A DNA stretch of 27,324 nucleotides, taken from an uncultured Holosporaceae bacterium. Its GTDB lineage: Bacteria > Pseudomonadota > Alphaproteobacteria > UBA7879. Every line of letters begins with the position of its first letter. Positions within the stretch are counted from its first letter, which is position 1. The DNA is taken from contig CAYGMA010000002.1 in NCBI GenBank assembly GCA_964351045.1, positions 1-27,324 of the forward strand, read 5' to 3'. This document shows, piece after piece, positions 24,808 to 27,324 of this stretch. A model generated the notes under the pieces. It was not told where the DNA came from. It made no database searches and worked only from the letters and a program-made list of their open reading frames with translations. Made by a program: the position numbers and the translations under genes.

Positions 24808-25737
24808 ATGTCGCCTTCTTGTAATCATTCTCATTTTGACTTTTCAAACATTCGGAACAAGAATCTCAAACGATGGGTGACTTTCACATCCGTTTCTGTT
24901 GCGTTTATCTTGATCCTTTCAAAAATAATTGGGTGGTATCTCACTGGGTCTGTGAGTGTCCTTTCGAGCTTAGCTGATTCTTTTATGGATTTTTTTGCCT
25001 CTCTTTTAAGTTTATTTGCTGTGCGTCAAGCAATGAAGCCGGCAGATAACCATCACCGATTTGGGTTTGGAAAGATCGAGGCGCTGGCGGCTTTAGGGCA
25101 AGCGGTTTTTATTTTTCTCTCTGTTTTGTATGTTGCCTATGAAGCGTTTATGCATTTGAAGAATCCTCATCCGATTACAAAACCGCTGGTTGGTGTGGTA
25201 GTGATGGGCGTTTCTATCGTTCTAACACTCGGGTTGGTGTGGTTTCAAAATTACGTGGTTAAAAAAACACACTCTCTTGCTATTACAGCAGATTCCATGC
25301 ATTACAAAGCAGATATGTTTTTGAATTTAGGTGTTCTTGTTTCGGTTTTATTTTCGGCGATTTTTGGGATGTATTGGGTTGATGGGGCGATTGGGCTTCT
25401 GATTTCTGGATATATCTTCTATACCTCTATCAGTATTGCGCGAAAGTCTGTTTATATTTTAATGGACCGAGAGCTTGAGTCTGAGAAAAAACAAGAGATT
25501 GTAAGAATTATAAAAGAGCATCCACTGGTTTTAGGATTGCATGAATTGAAAACACGTAGCTCTGGTACAAAAGACTTTGTTCAGGTTCATATAGAGCTTG
25601 ATGGCAACATGCCGTTAAAAGAGGCGCATCAAGTTGTTTATGACTTAGAGAAAGCGCTTCTTAAAGAATTTCCAACGTTACACTTAACCATTCATCAAGA
25701 TCCTAGCGGTCTTAAGGAAACGCACGTTGAGTTGTAG
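24808..25737 (+). CDS. Cation diffusion facilitator, FieF-like
   Basis: TM2 LADSFMD and TM5 HYKAD (DD-HD metal site as in FieF), HRFGFGKIEALAAL, C-terminal domain LKTRSSG...HIELDG...AHQ...IHQDP. Confidence 0.9.
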   Translation: MSPSCNHSHFDFSNIRNKNLKRWVTFTSVSVAFILILSKIIGWYLTGSVSVLSSLADSFMDFFASLLSLFAVRQAMKPADNHHRFGFGKIEALAALGQAVFIFLSVLYVAYEAFMHLKNPHPITKPLVGVVVMGVSIVLTLGLVWFQNYVVKKTHSLAITADSMHYKADMFLNLGVLVSVLFSAIFGMYWVDGAIGLLISGYIFYTSISIARKSVYILMDRELESEKKQEIVRIIKEHPLVLGLHELKTRSSGTKDFVQVHIELDGNMPLKEAHQVVYDLEKALLKEFPTLHLTIHQDPSGLKETHVEL

Positions 25738-26764
25738 TGTTTTTAAGAAAATACTTTAAAGCATCTTCTAAGCGCTTTGCGCCTGTTGGAAGGAGATAGT
25801 TTTTTTCAACGGTTTGATAGCCATTCATTCTTAACGTTTCTTGAAGCGCTTGCCCTTTTATCAATAAGGCCATGTTTTCAGCGAGAGCGTTTGCATCTTC
25901 TACAGGGCTGAGAAGGCCATTTGTTTTGTGTTGAATAAGCTCCTCTGGCCCTGAAGAAGCGGTTGCGCAAATGGGAACTCCATACCGCCAGGCTTCTAAG
26001 ACTACAAGGCCGAACGGTTCGGAGGAAGAGGGGATGCAAAAAACATCAATGGCTTCATAAAAATCACCCGCGCTCATCCATCCTTTCATTTGAACGTGAG
26101 ATTCTAGGGCATTTTGTTTGATGGTTTCTTTCAGTTCTTCTTCTTGCTCGCCTGTTCCTGCAACCCATGCTTGAAAAGAAACATTTTTTTCTTTTAAAAT
26201 TTTTAGCGCTTCTAAAAAAAGAAGCATACCTTTTCGTGGAACCAGGCGTCCCATGGCGCCGATCAAAGGAGGAGAGTGACTGGCTTGTTTTCTTGGAACA
26301 ATCTCTGCGTCAGAGAGCATGTTGAACACCACTTGAATTTGATCTTCCGTGAATCCTTCTTGCAAGGCGCGTTCTTTCATAGAGTTATTAATTGCAATTA
26401 GGCCATCGACATTTTTGAGTGGGGAGAGCTTGAAACTGTGGGTCACGGCAAGCGTTGGGCAAATCTTGTTTTTCTGCGCAAACAAAGCAGCCCTACGCCC
26501 ATGGGTGATGCAAAGGTCTGGGCGGTGTTGTTTGATTTCTTGATGTAGCTTCTTTTTTGCAAGAATGTCATATCCACCCAGACGGTTTTTGATGTCTGTT
26601 TTGACTTTTAACTGGGCATTTTCATAAACAGGAATCATTTTACTTTTAGGGTTAAGGTAAGTGATCACGTCATGACCTCTGCTTTGGAGCGCGAGGGCAT
26701 AGTCGAAAGAGGCTTTCTCGAGCCCGCCTAAATCTTTACCAAACATTAAGTTGAAAATTTTCAT
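25712..26764 (-). CDS. Glycosyltransferase family 4 (GT-B)
   Basis: N-terminal GGLEK, IGAMGRLVPRKG, WVAGTGEQ, FCIPSSSEPFGLVVLEAWRYGVP (E-x7-E), GPEELIQHKTNGLL. Confidence 0.9.
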   Translation of the reverse strand: MKIFNLMFGKDLGGLEKASFDYALALQSRGHDVITYLNPKSKMIPVYENAQLKVKTDIKNRLGGYDILAKKKLHQEIKQHRPDLCITHGRRAALFAQKNKICPTLAVTHSFKLSPLKNVDGLIAINNSMKERALQEGFTEDQIQVVFNMLSDAEIVPRKQASHSPPLIGAMGRLVPRKGMLLFLEALKILKEKNVSFQAWVAGTGEQEEELKETIKQNALESHVQMKGWMSAGDFYEAIDVFCIPSSSEPFGLVVLEAWRYGVPICATASSGPEELIQHKTNGLLSPVEDANALAENMALLIKGQALQETLRMNGYQTVEKNYLLPTGAKRLEDALKYFLKNTTTQRAFP

Positions 26765-26794
26765 GGTCTTACGTACTGTAACCTTTAAGTATAA

Positions 26795-27324
26795 ATGAGT
26801 ATCGATGTGCTAAAATCTATCATAAAATCCAACGGGACTAAATTAGTATATGACCATATATTTTTTCAAGAAGCAAATAAAGCGGTTCTTTTTTTGCCTG
26901 GCTTTATGTCTGATAGAAAAGGTACAAAAGCATGCTTTTTAAGAGAGCTTTGTACGCAGCATGAAATTGACTTCCTTTGTTTAGATTATCAAGGTCATGG
27001 TGAGTCTGATGGTGTGTTTGAGCATCTTAAGCTCACGGATTGGTTGGAAGATTGTTTGGATGTGGCTGCTCAAACAGATAAGCCGTTGATTCTTGTTGGA
27101 TCAAGCATGGGCGGGTGGTTGGCTCTGCGTTTGACGGAAATCCTTAAGGAAAAAATTCAAGGGCTTGTTTTATTGGCGCCTGCTCCTGACTTTACGGAGC
27201 GGCTGATGGAGGAATTCACTGAAGAGCAGGTGCAGGATCTGCAGGAAAAAGGATTGGTTTCTATTGATTCAGGGTATGAACAGCCTCATATTTTTACTCA
27301 AACGCTTATCGAGGACGGAAAAGA
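26795..27324 (+). CDS. Alpha/beta hydrolase (3'-truncated by window edge)
   Basis: My translation from ATG 26795: MSIDVLKSIIKSNGTKLVYDHIFFQEANKAVLFLPGFMSDRKGTKA...LDYQGHGESDG...LVGSSMGGWLA (GxSxG)...LLAPAPDFTE. Open to the window end; not in the ORF track. Confidence 0.88.
   Translation, partial: MSIDVLKSIIKSNGTKLVYDHIFFQEANKAVLFLPGFMSDRKGTKACFLRELCTQHEIDFLCLDYQGHGESDGVFEHLKLTDWLEDCLDVAAQTDKPLILVGSSMGGWLALRLTEILKEKIQGLVLLAPAPDFTERLMEEFTEEQVQDLQEKGLVSIDSGYEQPHIFTQTLIEDGK

Noticed and set aside
321-26543. The many short antisense or alternative-frame ORFs in the track (e.g. 9060..9611 -, 17555..17968 -, 20461..20847 -, 1882..2271 -, 21971..22360 -)
   Set aside because: All lie inside well-supported genes on the other strand or frame and show no recognisable motif; they are expected shadow ORFs.
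1-27324. rRNA, tRNA, tmRNA, transposases, integrases, prophage or defence genes
   Set aside because: No intergenic gap exceeds about 250 nt, none shows a cloverleaf or rRNA signature, and no ORF carries such motifs.

Overview
A gene-dense, AT-rich stretch of core chromosome from an alphaproteobacterium, nearly all on the + strand. Gene order supports that assignment: rlpA-dacA-tmk-holB-metG-tatD-MBL hydrolase, dusB...ntrY-ntrX-dat-HAD-hfq-hflX, rpsA, hslV-hslU. A host-associated or intracellular lifestyle is only an inference, drawn from base composition, gene loss and a Pht-like transporter. I saw no rRNA, tRNA, transposase, prophage or CRISPR array. The main observation is that the usual alphaproteobacterial nifR3(dusB)-ntrB-ntrC-ntrY-ntrX operon has lost ntrB and nearly all of ntrC. 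What remains is a 91-aa stand-alone NtrC C-terminal (Fis-like) helix-turn-helix gene with its own RBS directly behind dusB, mirroring the gammaproteobacterial dusB-fis operon. The 100-bp spacer upstream of dusB holds a perfect CtrA box, a plausible sigma70 promoter, and a 17-bp near-palindrome that fits both the Fis and NtrC site consensus and overlaps the predicted start site. Other points: a REP-like hairpin family with compensatory base-pair changes, a signal-peptide gene broken by one in-frame TAA that the ORF track misses, an NtrX with a degenerate AAA+ domain, and a signal-peptide-bearing GNAT acetyltransferase.
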